This document shows, one piece after another, positions 1 to 11,259 of a DNA stretch of 64,000 nt (positions are counted from its first letter, which is position 1; each line of letters begins with the position of its first letter). Made by a program: the position numbers and the translations under genes. The DNA comes from Psammoneis japonica (taxonomy: Eukaryota). Under the pieces are notes generated by a model. That model was not told the DNA's origin. It saw nothing but the letters and a program-made list of their open reading frames with translations, and ran no database searches. Location of the stretch: the NCBI GenBank assembly GCA_008632985.1, contig QPGO01000013.1, positions 62,001 through 126,000 of the forward strand. The letters run 5' to 3'.

Positions 1-268
1 GGACCAAGGACCACACAACACATGCATCCACATGTCCACATGCATCCCTTCTCGCTTCTTGGGAAGCTTGTTAGCGTCTGGAAATCACATTTCTCTCTCT
101 GAGAGTTGTATGAAACTCGCAAGCACTGGTCTCTTTCTGCTAGCATTTCTCTCTCGACATTAGTTTAGTTGCTACGGCTTTACGTGTGTTCCCTCTTCAC
201 TCGATTTTTCCCACAAAAGCTCTGCTCCTCCAAAGTTTGCGAGCAGTCTCACTCCTATCTCAACTACC

Positions 269-1684
269 ATGTCGTCGTCGTCTGCCAACGGCGAATCCAA
301 TAATGACACCATGATGCTTAATCGTGTCACTCCTGCCAACATTTCTTTGGAAATCAAGGACCCCGTCGACCCCAAGGCCTTGGAACAAGCGAAGCAGATT
401 ATGAATGAGCTGAGCGACAAGAAACAACCGATTCAACCACAAGCACTACTGGCGGTAGCTCAGAGGTTGGGTGATGTTGCCAGTGACTCATCTTCACTTG
501 TGGTTTCCAAAGAAGAGTGCAAGGCTGCCTTTGATGGCTTGACGTCCGAGGAAAAAACTGCCTTGACGAACATTCATGCTCGTGTCAAGGCCTTTGCCGA
601 AGCACAGAGGAAATCCGTACAAGATATGGAGAAGGATATTCCCGGTGGCAAGGCGGGACACACCGTCAGTCCCTGCAAGGGTAAGAAGATGACTGAAAAA
701 GCTGTTGGCGATATGCATGATTAGATGCATCATCTCATTCTGAATTTTTTGCTCTCTACAAATACTATAGCTGCCGGTTGCTATGCTCCCGGAGGACGCT
801 ATCCACTTCCTAGCTCCGTCGTCATGACTGCCGTGACGGCTCGAGCTGCGGGTTGTGAACGTGTCGTCTTGGCTTCGCCCCGACCGGCTCTCATTACCAA
901 GGCTGCCGCCTACATTTGTGGATGTGACGTTTTCTTGTGTGTCGGTGGCGCACAAGCCATTGCCGCCATGGCGTACGGAGTGGCTGGTATTGTCGACGAG
1001 GGATGTGACGTGATTGTTGGACCGGGCAACCAGTGGGTGACGGCTGCCAAATCGATTGTCAGTGGACATTGTGGCATTGACATGTTGGCGGGTCCGTCAG
1101 AAGTGCTAGTCATTTGCGATGATACCGCCAAGTCCGCAGTCGTTGCCTCGGATTTGATTGCGCAAGCCGAACACGATGTTGTCGCGCGTGCCATTCTCTT
1201 GTCCACGTCTGAACAGGTCATTGAAGAGGTGGACAATCACGTTCGATCTCAAATTGCGTCCTTACCGGAACCCAATCGATCCACGGCTTCGGCAGCGCTC
1301 CGTCAGAGCTTTGCCGTCAAGTGCGAATCAGTGGATGAGTGTATTGCGATTTCGGACAAAATTGCACCAGAGCACTTGGAAATCCAAACCCGAGACGCAG
1401 ATGCTGTAGCAAGGCGGTGTGGCAATTATGGTGGTCTGTTTATTGGTGAACACGCTGCAGAGGTGTTGGGTGACTATGGCGCTGGACCCAATCACACGCT
1501 TCCCACGGGCGGTACTGGCCGCTACACGGGTGGATTAAGTGTCTTTGACTTTTTGCGCATCCGAACATGGATGCGTATTGACAATGCCGCCGAGTCTCAA
1601 GACATGGTGAATGATAGCATCGTCATGGCTCGGCTTGAAGGGTTGGAGGGACACGCCCGTGCAGCCGAAGCAAGGAAGAACTAG
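269..1684 (+). CDS. hisD: Histidinol dehydrogenase, 2 exons (269-680, 771-1684)
   Basis: Motifs GCYAPGGRYPLPSS, VGGAQAIAAMAYG, IVGPGNQWVTAAK, IDMLAGPSE, AQAEHD, APEHLE, GDYGAGPNHTLPT, EGLEGHARAA. GT-AG intron 681-770 joins the two ORFs in frame. Confidence 0.95.
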
Positions 1685-1834
1685 TTCTTTCTTCGCGTTG
1701 ATATCGACTGAGGCTGTTACATGATATATGTCGTCAGCAACACGTTCGCGGGATTAGGATCTAAAGTAGGTATGTATAACCTCCTATTGTATATTGCGAT
1801 GGAAAAAGGGATGCGTAGCGTAGGAGTAGGAATG

Positions 1835-2470
1835 TCATGAATTCGACCATGGGAACTTCCACTTTGGACTGTCTTTCTTCATTGTATCCTCTCTCTCTTG
1901 CGGTTCCGTTTCTTTTGCCCTGTCGGCATACTGTCGAATCATTTCCTTTGGAACTGTAGTTGCTATACCGTACACACCAATCGCTGCCAATGACCACCAC
2001 CAGAACCATCGTAATACTCCGTCCCTGGTCAATCGAAGGTCTTCAAAGGTTTGAGACACGCTCGTTTTTACACTTTGCGAGGCATCAGAGGCGGTTTGAA
2101 CGGCGGCTTTTTTGAATTCCTCGGATCCTTTTGAAACGGTTCGTTTCAAATATCTGGAAGTTCCTTGTGCGGTTTGCGAAACTGAATTCTTGACGGTTTC
2201 GGATCCCTCGTTCACTTTTCTCTTTACAAAATGTTTTGTGTTTTCTGTGAAATCTGTAGCAGACTCCCGAACAGCTTGCGATCCTTCGTTCACCTTTTTG
2301 TTTACATAAGATTTTGTGCTTTCTGTGAAATCGGTTGCCGTATCTCGCACAGCTTGAGATCCCTCAGACGCCTTCTTGTGTAGAAAGTTGCTCGTGCTTT
2401 GCGACAGCCTCGAAGCGGAGGACTGAAGGCTGCCTCCAAATCGCTGTGCGAGTTGTTTCAAGGTTCGCAT
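1835..2470 (-). CDS. Hypothetical protein with ~22-aa amphipathic repeats (KKVNEGSQAVRESATDFTE) and a C-terminal hydrophobic segment; possibly mitochondrial
   Basis: 211-aa ORF with a basic Ser-rich N-terminus, 3-4 tandem repeats and the TM-like segment WFWWWSLAAIGVYGIA. Confidence 0.6.
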   Translation of the reverse strand: MRTLKQLAQRFGGSLQSSASRLSQSTSNFLHKKASEGSQAVRDTATDFTESTKSYVNKKVNEGSQAVRESATDFTENTKHFVKRKVNEGSETVKNSVSQTAQGTSRYLKRTVSKGSEEFKKAAVQTASDASQSVKTSVSQTFEDLRLTRDGVLRWFWWWSLAAIGVYGIATTVPKEMIRQYADRAKETEPQEREDTMKKDSPKWKFPWSNS

Positions 2471-2865
2471 GTTGCAGGGTACTCTGTGTTTTAAGTTAGC
2501 TCCTTTTTTACGATCGCTTACAGAGTCAATAGCAACAACTCTCTACTCTTAGGGAACGTCTGGAGTCTCCCTCTGCAGTGCAAGGAATTGGAATGAAAGT
2601 CGAAGAAGTTGGAATAAATCCGGATGCGAAGGAACCGAAAAGCGCGCGCGCGGGAAACCGATGCGGTGACGTCACCCCCCTCAAAGTTCCCTCCGACATT
2701 TTCTGCCTGTCTGCCGCTTGTGCTTCACCTTCCTGCCTCACTCGAGTAGGGAGACTACGGTACTCCCGGGGCCCTAATTGTTGCCAACGAACATGACATA
2801 ATGAAAATGGTTGTGCTAGTCTAATTCAAAAGTTTCTCTCTAGGATTATCGTCTTTCTTAAAAGT

Positions 2866-3945
2866 TTATACTTCAAAAACTTCCTTTGCTTGGACGTCGT
2901 TTGTCATTTTGATGGCGTGGTTGAAGGCCTCTGTGAATTCTGCTCTAGTTGGAGCTCGTGGAGTCGCGTTTGAAGAGCAATAGCAAGCGTTTTCGTTCAC
3001 CATGCGTCTTGCAAACTCCTCGTTTCCAATAGCCAATTGACGATTTTCAACGTCAAATAAAGAGGAAGTGTCGGCACACCGGCTTTTACCCTTTACAATA
3101 GCTTTCATTCTGTCGTCGACTCTGCTTCCCTTAAGTCCCTTCTTGGCTGCTGCAATTTCAATACTTTCGACAGTTCGAAAGCATGAATCACAAAATGAGC
3201 TAGCTAGCTCATTGTAAGACTCTTTGAAAGCGCTCCTCAACTCGATGAGATTGACAGTATCGATAGACTCAGTTTGAAGGTCAAGAACAACCTCAACTTC
3301 AAACTCGTGTTCGGCTGCGTCGCAAGCAACAGCTTTAAGATCAGTAGTGACTTGCTTGGCACTCTGAATGTTGTTGAGCTTTCCATATACTTCGAGGTTC
3401 TGAATAAATGTATTGAAGCCACTTTTGAATTCCTCGGTCGTTGGAGCTCTTGGCTCGGCAGTGGGTGAACAAGCACATCTGTGGTTGACGTTTTGCTTCT
3501 TGGAATCATCGGTGGCTTCATTCATGAATTCCCATCGAGGTGTACCCATGTCAAAGACGGTTGTATCTTTTGTAACATCAGCACCAGTCAATGTCAATGT
3601 GTACAAAAAGTTTCGTCGCGCGCTCTTGTCGCCGTCGCTGTACACAATATCCTTGGGTTCAATTTTCGGCGAAATCGCATGACGGAGAAACGTAGCATCG
3701 CATACATTGTCATTGACATTCGGTGTGTTTAGTCCATTGTATACAGATGAGAATGCTTTTGAAAGATAAGCCAATTCAATGTCTTCGACGTGTTCTGGGT
3801 CATTCATTTCGTGTTCAATCAGTATGGAAGCGGTGAACTGGGAATTTCTTCCACACGAGGTTGGTGCGTCAGTGTCTTCAGAAGAAACCGAAACACCAAT
3901 GGCGGATGCGGTGATCATTGAGCATAGAAGAAAGAGAGACTTCAT
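2866..3945 (-). CDS. Secreted hypothetical protein with an internal two-fold repeat
   Basis: 359-aa ORF with signal peptide MKSLFLLCSMITASA. The motifs F..xYN.L and CxC...PRAPT..EF...FN each occur twice. Confidence 0.7.
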   Translation of the reverse strand: MKSLFLLCSMITASAIGVSVSSEDTDAPTSCGRNSQFTASILIEHEMNDPEHVEDIELAYLSKAFSSVYNGLNTPNVNDNVCDATFLRHAISPKIEPKDIVYSDGDKSARRNFLYTLTLTGADVTKDTTVFDMGTPRWEFMNEATDDSKKQNVNHRCACSPTAEPRAPTTEEFKSGFNTFIQNLEVYGKLNNIQSAKQVTTDLKAVACDAAEHEFEVEVVLDLQTESIDTVNLIELRSAFKESYNELASSFCDSCFRTVESIEIAAAKKGLKGSRVDDRMKAIVKGKSRCADTSSLFDVENRQLAIGNEEFARRMVNENACYCSSNATPRAPTRAEFTEAFNHAIKMTNDVQAKEVFEV

Positions 3946-4237
3946 TGTGGAAATTGAAAATCGTTTGTCGGACTCGATGATTTGCGGAAAATGTGAAGAG
4001 TTTATGACTTCGCTATGTCTCAGGACAAACGGGATTGTGGGCGTCTTGAACCCGTGTTGTGTCGTGACGTTTCTTTCCCGCCACCAACCACATTATACCT
4101 ATTAGTAACTGGATATTAAAACGGGATTATTTCTAATGCCGATCTTCATTATAAAACTAATCAGAATTGTATTTTTTACAATATATTTGAAATTACTTAT
4201 GCCTCCCGTCCATTTCCGCCGTCCACCCCTTTTTTTT

Positions 4238-6935
4238 AAGACTGGCCACATAAAAAGGTGCTAACGCGCGCTCTCGAGCTCTCAAAATTTGTTTCGAGAA
4301 AATGGCACTTACAAGATTTTTGAGCGATGTCAAATAATTAAAGTGTCAACATAAAACATTACATAAAATTCATATGTACACAAGGACTGCTATTAATTTT
4401 TATTTGTATCCCTCTCCGAAAGAACTGCATTGGCTTTGGCGGTTTTCTTTTTCTTGTTTCGCGCCATCTGCTCAGCGCTCTCCGCCTGCTTGTTCTTTCG
4501 CTTCTCTCTCTTGCTTTTCGCAACGCGATTGAGGACGTCGTCTCCAGGATGAGGGCACATCTCATCTTGGTCTGCCTTGTCAAGAAGCGGCTGATGCTTG
4601 GCACAAAGCTCGACCTTCTTGACATCCTTGACACCTGGAGCTGTCAAGGCAAGTGGTTGTGACGTTTGCAAGTTCTGTTTTCGTTGCTCGCTCGATTCTG
4701 TCTTCCTCTTCTTGAGATCCTCGCTAACTTCTGGCTCACCGTCCGCTGCTTTCATTGTCACTGCCGCAGGTTCCGAAGAATCTGTCACTTCAAAGCAGTG
4801 GCACTTCGCAACTGCGCTGTGCTTCTTGCAATGTTGGTCAAAATGCGCTCCATGCCCCACAAAATCCTCCTCCTTCGCTTCAACGACCTGAACATGTTCG
4901 GAGGTGTCCAAGGCTGTCAAGAGTTTGCGGAACGTGCCGATGTTCTTGTCACGGCAAGTTTGCTTGAGGCTGTTGAAGAGCCTGTCACAGGCATTCTTGG
5001 TGTGCCCTTTTGTCAAAAAAACAATGCTCACTTCTTTGAAACATCCTTGTTCCACCAGGTGAGAAGCAAGTCTCAATGCCGTGTTGTTTTTGTTTTGCCC
5101 GATGCAGTTGTCAAAAATCAATACGAGCTTTCCACCTGGACCCTTGCTGACATCCAACAATCCACCATCATGCAAGTGCTTCATCACAAGGGAAGCAACA
5201 TTGTCGCCTCCCTTTTGGCCAGCACCCTCATGGTGGACGCATGCATGCAAAAAATCCTTGAACTCATCTTCCGTCACCGTCACAACTTTTTTCCCCGCAG
5301 GATCGGCAACCCCAAACATGTTGATCGTCAAAGGAGAGAAGTGGTGCGTCTCCCCTGGCTGATCCACCCCAAAATGTGGAAGCCCACCATTTTGACAACA
5401 GTCACCAATCCTCACGCAAGTTCGCTCGCCGTGTGCCTTGTCGGCTTTTGCTTGTTCCATCGCTTCCGAAACATGCTGTTGCACGAGTGTCCGTTGCTTT
5501 CGAGCCCACTCGACGTGCTTTGCGGCGTGCAACATTTCATTTTCCTGTTCTTCAATCTCTTTCATTCTCACCTCTGCATCTGCTCCATCTTCTTCATCAT
5601 CATCGCTCTCCTCCTCCTCATCCTCGTCGTCGTCGCTCTCACCCCCCATCTTTTCTTTCATCGCTTTCATCCTGAAGCCATTTGCGAACTTGTGGCATTC
5701 GTCGCAGATGTCACAAGTGGGCCTTCTCACGACAATTTCAGGACAGTTCTTTTTCCAGAACTTGCAAAATTGTGCCCAGGAGCATGTTGGTTGCTGGTCT
5801 TCTCCTTCGATTGGTTCCGCCTTAAGAAACTTGCCTTTGTGGTTCGATTTAAGGGTCCAACCATTTTCTTGTCCGTGCCGTTTGTGTGATCCACGCTTTT
5901 TCACGGTGGGAGGTGAGTCGTGTGTGTCTTCATCTCTCAAGCCGACACCTGTCTCTTCTCTAACCAGTCTCGTTGCACGTGGCTCAGAAAGTTCCTTTAT
6001 GTCATCAAAATGTGCGTGAAGGGCTGCACACATTTCGGGTGCAAGCGTCTTGTTCGCGTTCTGCCCAGTTTCCCTTTGAGACCATGTTGCGGAAAGACAT
6101 TGCTCTTTGCACTCAACTTGGCAGTTCTCCAGAACTTTCTCCCTTTGCCTGGCAATGCAAGGAGGGCACTATAACAGACCAGATGATCGTCTGGCGGCGT
6201 CCCCTCCTCCGCCTCCTCCTCGTCGTTGTCGTCAGTTTTCAACAGCGGCAAAACAAAGCAGCGACAATCACCCTTGCATGCATGCTTCTGAATGAAAGTA
6301 GAACATTTAATCCAGGATGTAAAAGCAGCATGTGTTTCTGTGTGTCCCAGTCTTTCAAAGTACACGAGGCAGTTGCTCAACATTTTCACGACGGAGGTGT
6401 CGTTGTTCTCCAACATTGCTCTTAGCTTTTGCAGACACTGACATTTCGTAGGTTTCTTTGTAGTTACCTGGATGCAATGTTCATGGAAAATGGGAGACTC
6501 GTTAGGGTCGGAAAGCCAATCGTAGAACTTTTCTGCCGCCTCATCGTCCTTGACGCCTTTGGTTAGTTTCGGCCGCGCCATTTTTTTTGTGACGCTTTTG
6601 CTTTTGCTCTTGTTGCCTCCACCAAGAGAATTTCAAATTCGAACCTTATGTTAAGTGCTTAATAATTTGTACAGACTTATATAATCTTAAAAAATATATG
6701 CTTTTATACAACTTGTGTACGTGACTTTCTTGGTACGGTCAAAACACTCATAGTAAACAATTCAAGCCGTTAATTTAGTTTATGGCTAATAAAATGTCAA
6801 GGAAGCATTGCCAGCCATTGACACATACATCGCTGAAGAGCTGAGATCAAGAGCTTTCGATCGGTATCCATACCTCAAAATCGACCATACGAGCTATTTC
6901 GAGCTCCGTTAGCACCTTTCTATGTGGCCAGTCTT
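4238..6935 (-). mobile_element. Cut-and-paste DNA transposon (Sola-like/DUF7869-type DDD transposase), 29-bp TIRs, 4-bp TSD TTTT, inactivated by TpA hypermutation
   Basis: TIR AAGACTGGCCACATAAAAAGGTGCTAACG at 4238-4266 and its reverse complement (1 mismatch) at 6907-6935. TTTT flanks both ends (4234-4237, 6936-6939). Internal transposase ORF. Confidence 0.85.
4393..6581 (-). pseudogene. Transposase in two ORFs (5997-6581 and 4393-6033) separated by a frameshift near 6040
   Basis: Motifs DICDECH, D(Y>C)CQN..LP.FG..QPGET(YY>HH)FSPL, (Y>H)HEG...KGG.NVAS, FDNC.GQNKN, KGHTKNACDRLFN. The 546-aa ORF contains no Tyr. Confidence 0.85.
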
Positions 6936-7233
6936 TTTTGCACCCACTTCTTCGTTCACTTCCACGTGGAGTACAAAGATGTTTGCGCATGCACCGACCG
7001 ACCTCGACCCCCTCCCCTCGACGGACCCTCGACCCTCGATGTTGTTGCTTCTCTCGATCGCCTCCCGCCTAGAGGAGAGGGTAACCGGGAAAACAAGTAG
7101 GAGCGTCGCCATTTCTCGTAACGAGGCTGGGATATAATTTGAAAAGAATCTCGGCTGAAATATTATTTGGTTTTAGGCTTTGGAGACTGCGGAAGGACGT
7201 TTCTTGAGTCGTTTCAGAGTCAATCGCGGAAAC

Positions 7234-8536
7234 ATGCATTCTGTTAGTAGAACGTACTTGCAGACTACTGTTTCCACAACAGAGGAAGAAGCTGCAGAAC
7301 ATGCCGAAGAGGACATTCAATCACAAGGCCTTGATGTGGATTGGTCGTTTTGGCTCGTTCTCTGGATTGGCTATGGAATTGCATGTATTTTTCTTGCAAT
7401 TCAAGTGTTTCGGAAACAGCCTGTCGGATCGAGTCCTTCTGACACAAACACTCCTAGTCCTGGTACAGGCCGACCGAGTCGCTCATCCAGTCGTCGCGAT
7501 TTGGAACGCGGCAGAGCAGACACTAGTGAAGGACTGAGTAGTGGGGATAAAACACGGCAAATTGTGAGTGGAACTAGGAAAAGAGCTTTCGTTTTGCTTT
7601 TGTGACATGAAACCCTCACATTTTCTTTTATTGTAGTTTTATAAACTACTCCTGGTGGCGCTCTTGTCGCGGTTTGTTTTGCTGCCGCTTCAAGTTTGGG
7701 TTCATGCGCCGTCTTGGTGGAAATTTTTCGGGGACACATTTCCAATCATGACGTTTGCATCAGCATGGGTGGTGCTTGTATCTTTCTTTGTCCAGCTGGT
7801 TGAAACTGCAACCGGCATGCTATCAGAATCAACTAACAAGAACACTATCGTCATGCAAGTCATTGCCTATGTGATGTATGCCATGCTTCTCATTGTATAC
7901 GTTTGGAACGATGCTGCCATTTTGTTAATGTACGCACTGCTGTCATGCATCCATGCGGCTCTTTTTGCTACTCTCATATACTTTGGGCCCAAGCTTGTTT
8001 CGCTCTTGAAACCCAGTTTGTCACAACGTTCAGGGTTGGCTGTTCGACTTATATCCAGCGGTCTGCTCTGTCTCTTTGTTTTTGCAGGGCGCACAGTCGA
8101 ACTGTCGCGAAAAGTCTTGCTTTTCCAGCAAAACGAGCCCTTGTGGTGGTTCGCGTATGCAATATTTGAATTGATTCCCGCGACAGCCTTACTCATCATG
8201 ATGAAGAAACAACGAAAAGGTAGCCGTGACAGTCGGAACCGAATGGGTGGAAGTGGCGCCAGTCCAAACGCAGCGCCGCCGGGGACAATGCCTTCGCCTC
8301 CAATAATCGCATCGACTACTGGAGCGCAATCGAGCCTATTAGAGAAAAAGACAAAGTCGTTACCACCAGTAAAGACTTACAGCAAGACATCCCAGTCAAA
8401 AATGCCGACAACAACAGAGGGCACCTCTTTGTTGCGACCAACCACCGTAGGTGGATCCGCCTACGGCACCGCAAACCTAATCAAGGACAGTCACGCCGCC
8501 GCGCCGATTCATCGAAGCAGTACACCAACTAGCTAA
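7234..8536 (+). CDS. Multi-pass membrane protein, TOM1/THH1-like; 2 exons (7234-7563, 7637-8536)
   Basis: In-frame GT-AG intron 7564-7636, about 7 hydrophobic helices, last helix YAIFELIPATALL, Ser/Thr/Pro-rich tail. Family assignment is by resemblance only. Confidence 0.55.
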
Positions 8537-8771
8537 AGGTAGTGCTGCCGCATAAAATGCTCGCTATGGTAGATCGATTCAGGAATCCTCGTTTGAGTTT
8601 TCTCTCTGAGTTTATTTTTGCTACGCGGAAAAGTTCTCTCGCAAGGAAATATTTACTTTGCCAGTCCCACAATGGCAAGTATAATGGCTTGCATGTGTTC
8701 CCAAAGGCAAGCATGCTTCCCCACTATTTCTTGTGGAGTTCTTACACAGTCTTGAATGAGGAGGAAGTCGC

Positions 8772-9000
8772 ATGAGATCTTTAGTTTCCGAACATTTGCG
8801 TTCGATCACTTGGACCAGGTTGCCTCTCATCCATAAGATTGTGATTCATTGACTTGAGCAAGTTCTCGAGCATTGAGGTCCCCGGCCCTCCCTCCTGCAT
8901 CTTTGTTGTCAAGTGTGCAAAAGATGCCACGCTTCGCCTTGACCTGTGCGGAGGCTTGTCACTTTCTTCTCCCCTCCTCCTCCTCCTCTTCCTCCTGTGA
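8772..9000 (-). pseudogene. Degenerate 3' fragment of the secreted paralog family at 9404-12417
   Basis: DNA aligns by eye with 9432-9650 (ATGAGATCTTT..TTCCGAACATTT, CTTGAGCAAGTTCTCGAGC.TTGAGGTCCC, CCCTCCTGCATCTTTGTT) with frame-breaking indels. Confidence 0.7.
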
Positions 9001-9403
9001 CCTCGTTGCAGCCTTTCGAGCATATGTTGTACATCGTGTAGGGGCTGTCCTTGTGTATACCACCCAATGTTCACCTTGGGCAAGAAGATAATGTGTAAAT
9101 CATCCCAATCAAAACCACTGGCAAGCAACGATCGCAACGGTGGTGGATCAGCCTACTGAGGCATATAATACTTCAGCGAGAACATTATAATGCCGCAGCG
9201 TCGATAATCGAAGGAGTACACCAAGCAGCTGAAAGCGATAAGCTACCACTTGAAAGTATTGAAACTTTCTGTAGACTATCTTGTTATATTTACATTGCAA
9301 GTGAAATGCCGCCAAAAGTTTATCATGATATTATAGAAAAAATACAACCGCAAGCATACTTCTACCATGCGCATCAACGTGTAGAGATAACTACTAGTCG
9401 TTC

Positions 9404-10537
9404 TTAATCAATTTTGAAGGATGAAGAAGTGATGAGATCTTTTGCTTCCGAACATTTCCGCTCAATCTTTCGGGTTAACTTGCCTCTCATCCAAGATTCA
9501 AAATCTTGAGCAAGTTCTCGAGCCTTGAGGTCCCTGGCTCGCCCTCCTGCATCTTTGTTATCGGCGGTGCAGAAGATGCCACACGTTGCTTCGACCTGTA
9601 TGGTTGCCTGCCACTTTCGTCTCTGTTGCCGTCTCTTCTTCCTCCTTCTCTTTTTCCTTTTAGCTTTAAGTGCTGCAGCTTCTGGATCCGCTGCAGCTTC
9701 TTTTGCAAGCTCTCTTGGATGAATGTCAATGTCCTCATGCTCTCCCACCAAGTCCTCTTGTGGTAACTCACGTAGTCGTCGTCCCCAAAACCCACCAAAT
9801 GAAAAAAAACCACCGCCGCCTTGAGCGGGGGCTGCTGTCGGCTGAGGCGTAGGCTTCGCGGTGGGCGATGGCGTTGGAGTTGGTGACTGACCTTCTTTGT
9901 TAGCAGGCGATGTCCCTCCAGCGCCACTTGGAGTAGCTGGCGTGGGAGTCTCATCTTGAGGAGCAGCTTCCTTGCTAGCGATGCTGCCACCACCTGCTGG
10001 GGATGGCGGTTGAGCTTCTTCGTTAGCTGGCGAGGTCCCTCCATTTGTAGCTGCTGGTGGTTGTGGTGCATTTGTAGCTGCTGGTGGTGGTGGCGTGCCA
10101 CCACCACCAAAGCTGAAGCCGACCCCTTTCATAAATCCCTTTGTCCAAACGTAGAAATTTCGAGATCCATCCTCCTCCTGTGTAAGAATCACAATGCGCT
10201 CCTCGGTGGTGTGGTTGGCTACTTTCATGCGCCCCCCGTCAATGTCCGATCCCTTATAGTTCAGCTCGTCTTCTGCATACTCCTCAACAAGCTTTCCAAG
10301 TTCGTCGGCGATGACCGTCTCGAGGCATTTCATCGCATCCGTGGACAAGTAGGGATCCACATCGTCTTCGGTGTGAATTTCATAGGTGTAGCTCTCAGCT
10401 GCGAAGCGAAACTGGGGTGCGACGAGATCTCGCTCCAAAGACGAGTGACGAAGGCTGGACGCACCTGCATTCTGCAGCGAACAACACGCTACCAAGCACA
10501 CGGTTAGTAGAATTCCTTCTATTAAAGACATCGGCAT
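9404..10537 (-). CDS. Secreted protein with Pro/Ala/Thr-rich linker (paralog A)
   Basis: Signal peptide. Blocks FAAE.Y.Y.I.TE, CLETVIADELG.L.EEYA, DGGRMKVAN.T and CG.FCT.DN.DAG are shared with paralog B. Confidence 0.75.
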   Translation of the reverse strand: MPMSLIEGILLTVCLVACCSLQNAGASSLRHSSLERDLVAPQFRFAAESYTYEIHTEDDVDPYLSTDAMKCLETVIADELGKLVEEYAEDELNYKGSDIDGGRMKVANHTTEERIVILTQEEDGSRNFYVWTKGFMKGVGFSFGGGGTPPPPAATNAPQPPAATNGGTSPANEEAQPPSPAGGGSIASKEAAPQDETPTPATPSGAGGTSPANKEGQSPTPTPSPTAKPTPQPTAAPAQGGGGFFSFGGFWGRRLRELPQEDLVGEHEDIDIHPRELAKEAAADPEAAALKAKRKKRRRKKRRQQRRKWQATIQVEATCGIFCTADNKDAGGRARDLKARELAQDFESWMRGKLTRKIERKCSEAKDLITSSSFKID

Positions 10538-11259
10538 GGACCAACTTTTATTTCGAAAAATGATTGATTTTGACAAGCACAAAGCGAGCGAAAAGCACGG
10601 GGAAAGTGGGAAAGCAACGCATGTAAATGCAAGGAACGTCTATGGATGAACGGACATTCACACGGCACCGGGGCTTATATCTTTTCAAATGGGACCTCCA
10701 TAGTGTCAATGACCATGACTTATGGTCATCGCTTCGACATACTGTACGTAGATGCCAGCAAAGTAGGTGCTTCATCGTGTTTACGCACGTGAAAAACTGC
10801 TGTCGCGATGATCATGATACTACCTAGTAAGAAGGGCAATACGTAACAGCAACGCACCACGATTGACAATTTAGGGATGTACAAGACTTCACACAAGTAT
10901 GTGTCGAAGAGTATAAATGCTGTAGAGCGGGATTTGATTCGGTGTGTGAAGATGGAAAAAGGGCTTACTACCAATATGCCCAAATATGCCACTGATATGA
11001 TATGTGTCGGGATTGTCGAGCAGTTGATTGATTGGTTATAAAGACCGTGTGACAGATTGCTGATGTGGATTTTAGTGACTGTGACTCTCCGGCGCAGCTA
11101 CACAGGATGGCTAATGGCTTAGTTGAGCCCAGGTAAGCAGCGGAACTGCATTGAGCACCTTCGCGAGCTGCAGTGAAATTCTAGACTAACTGAGCGTTAC
11201 AAGTTTAGATACTACTTTTAAAACCAATCGAGTTATAAAATAGCACCAGACTTCAAAGA

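Noticed and set aside
4393..6033. Alternative genetic code or codon reassignment to explain the missing Tyr
   Set aside because: Neighbouring host genes use TAC/TAT and TAA/TAG normally, and TA loss is frame-independent and includes non-coding LTRs.
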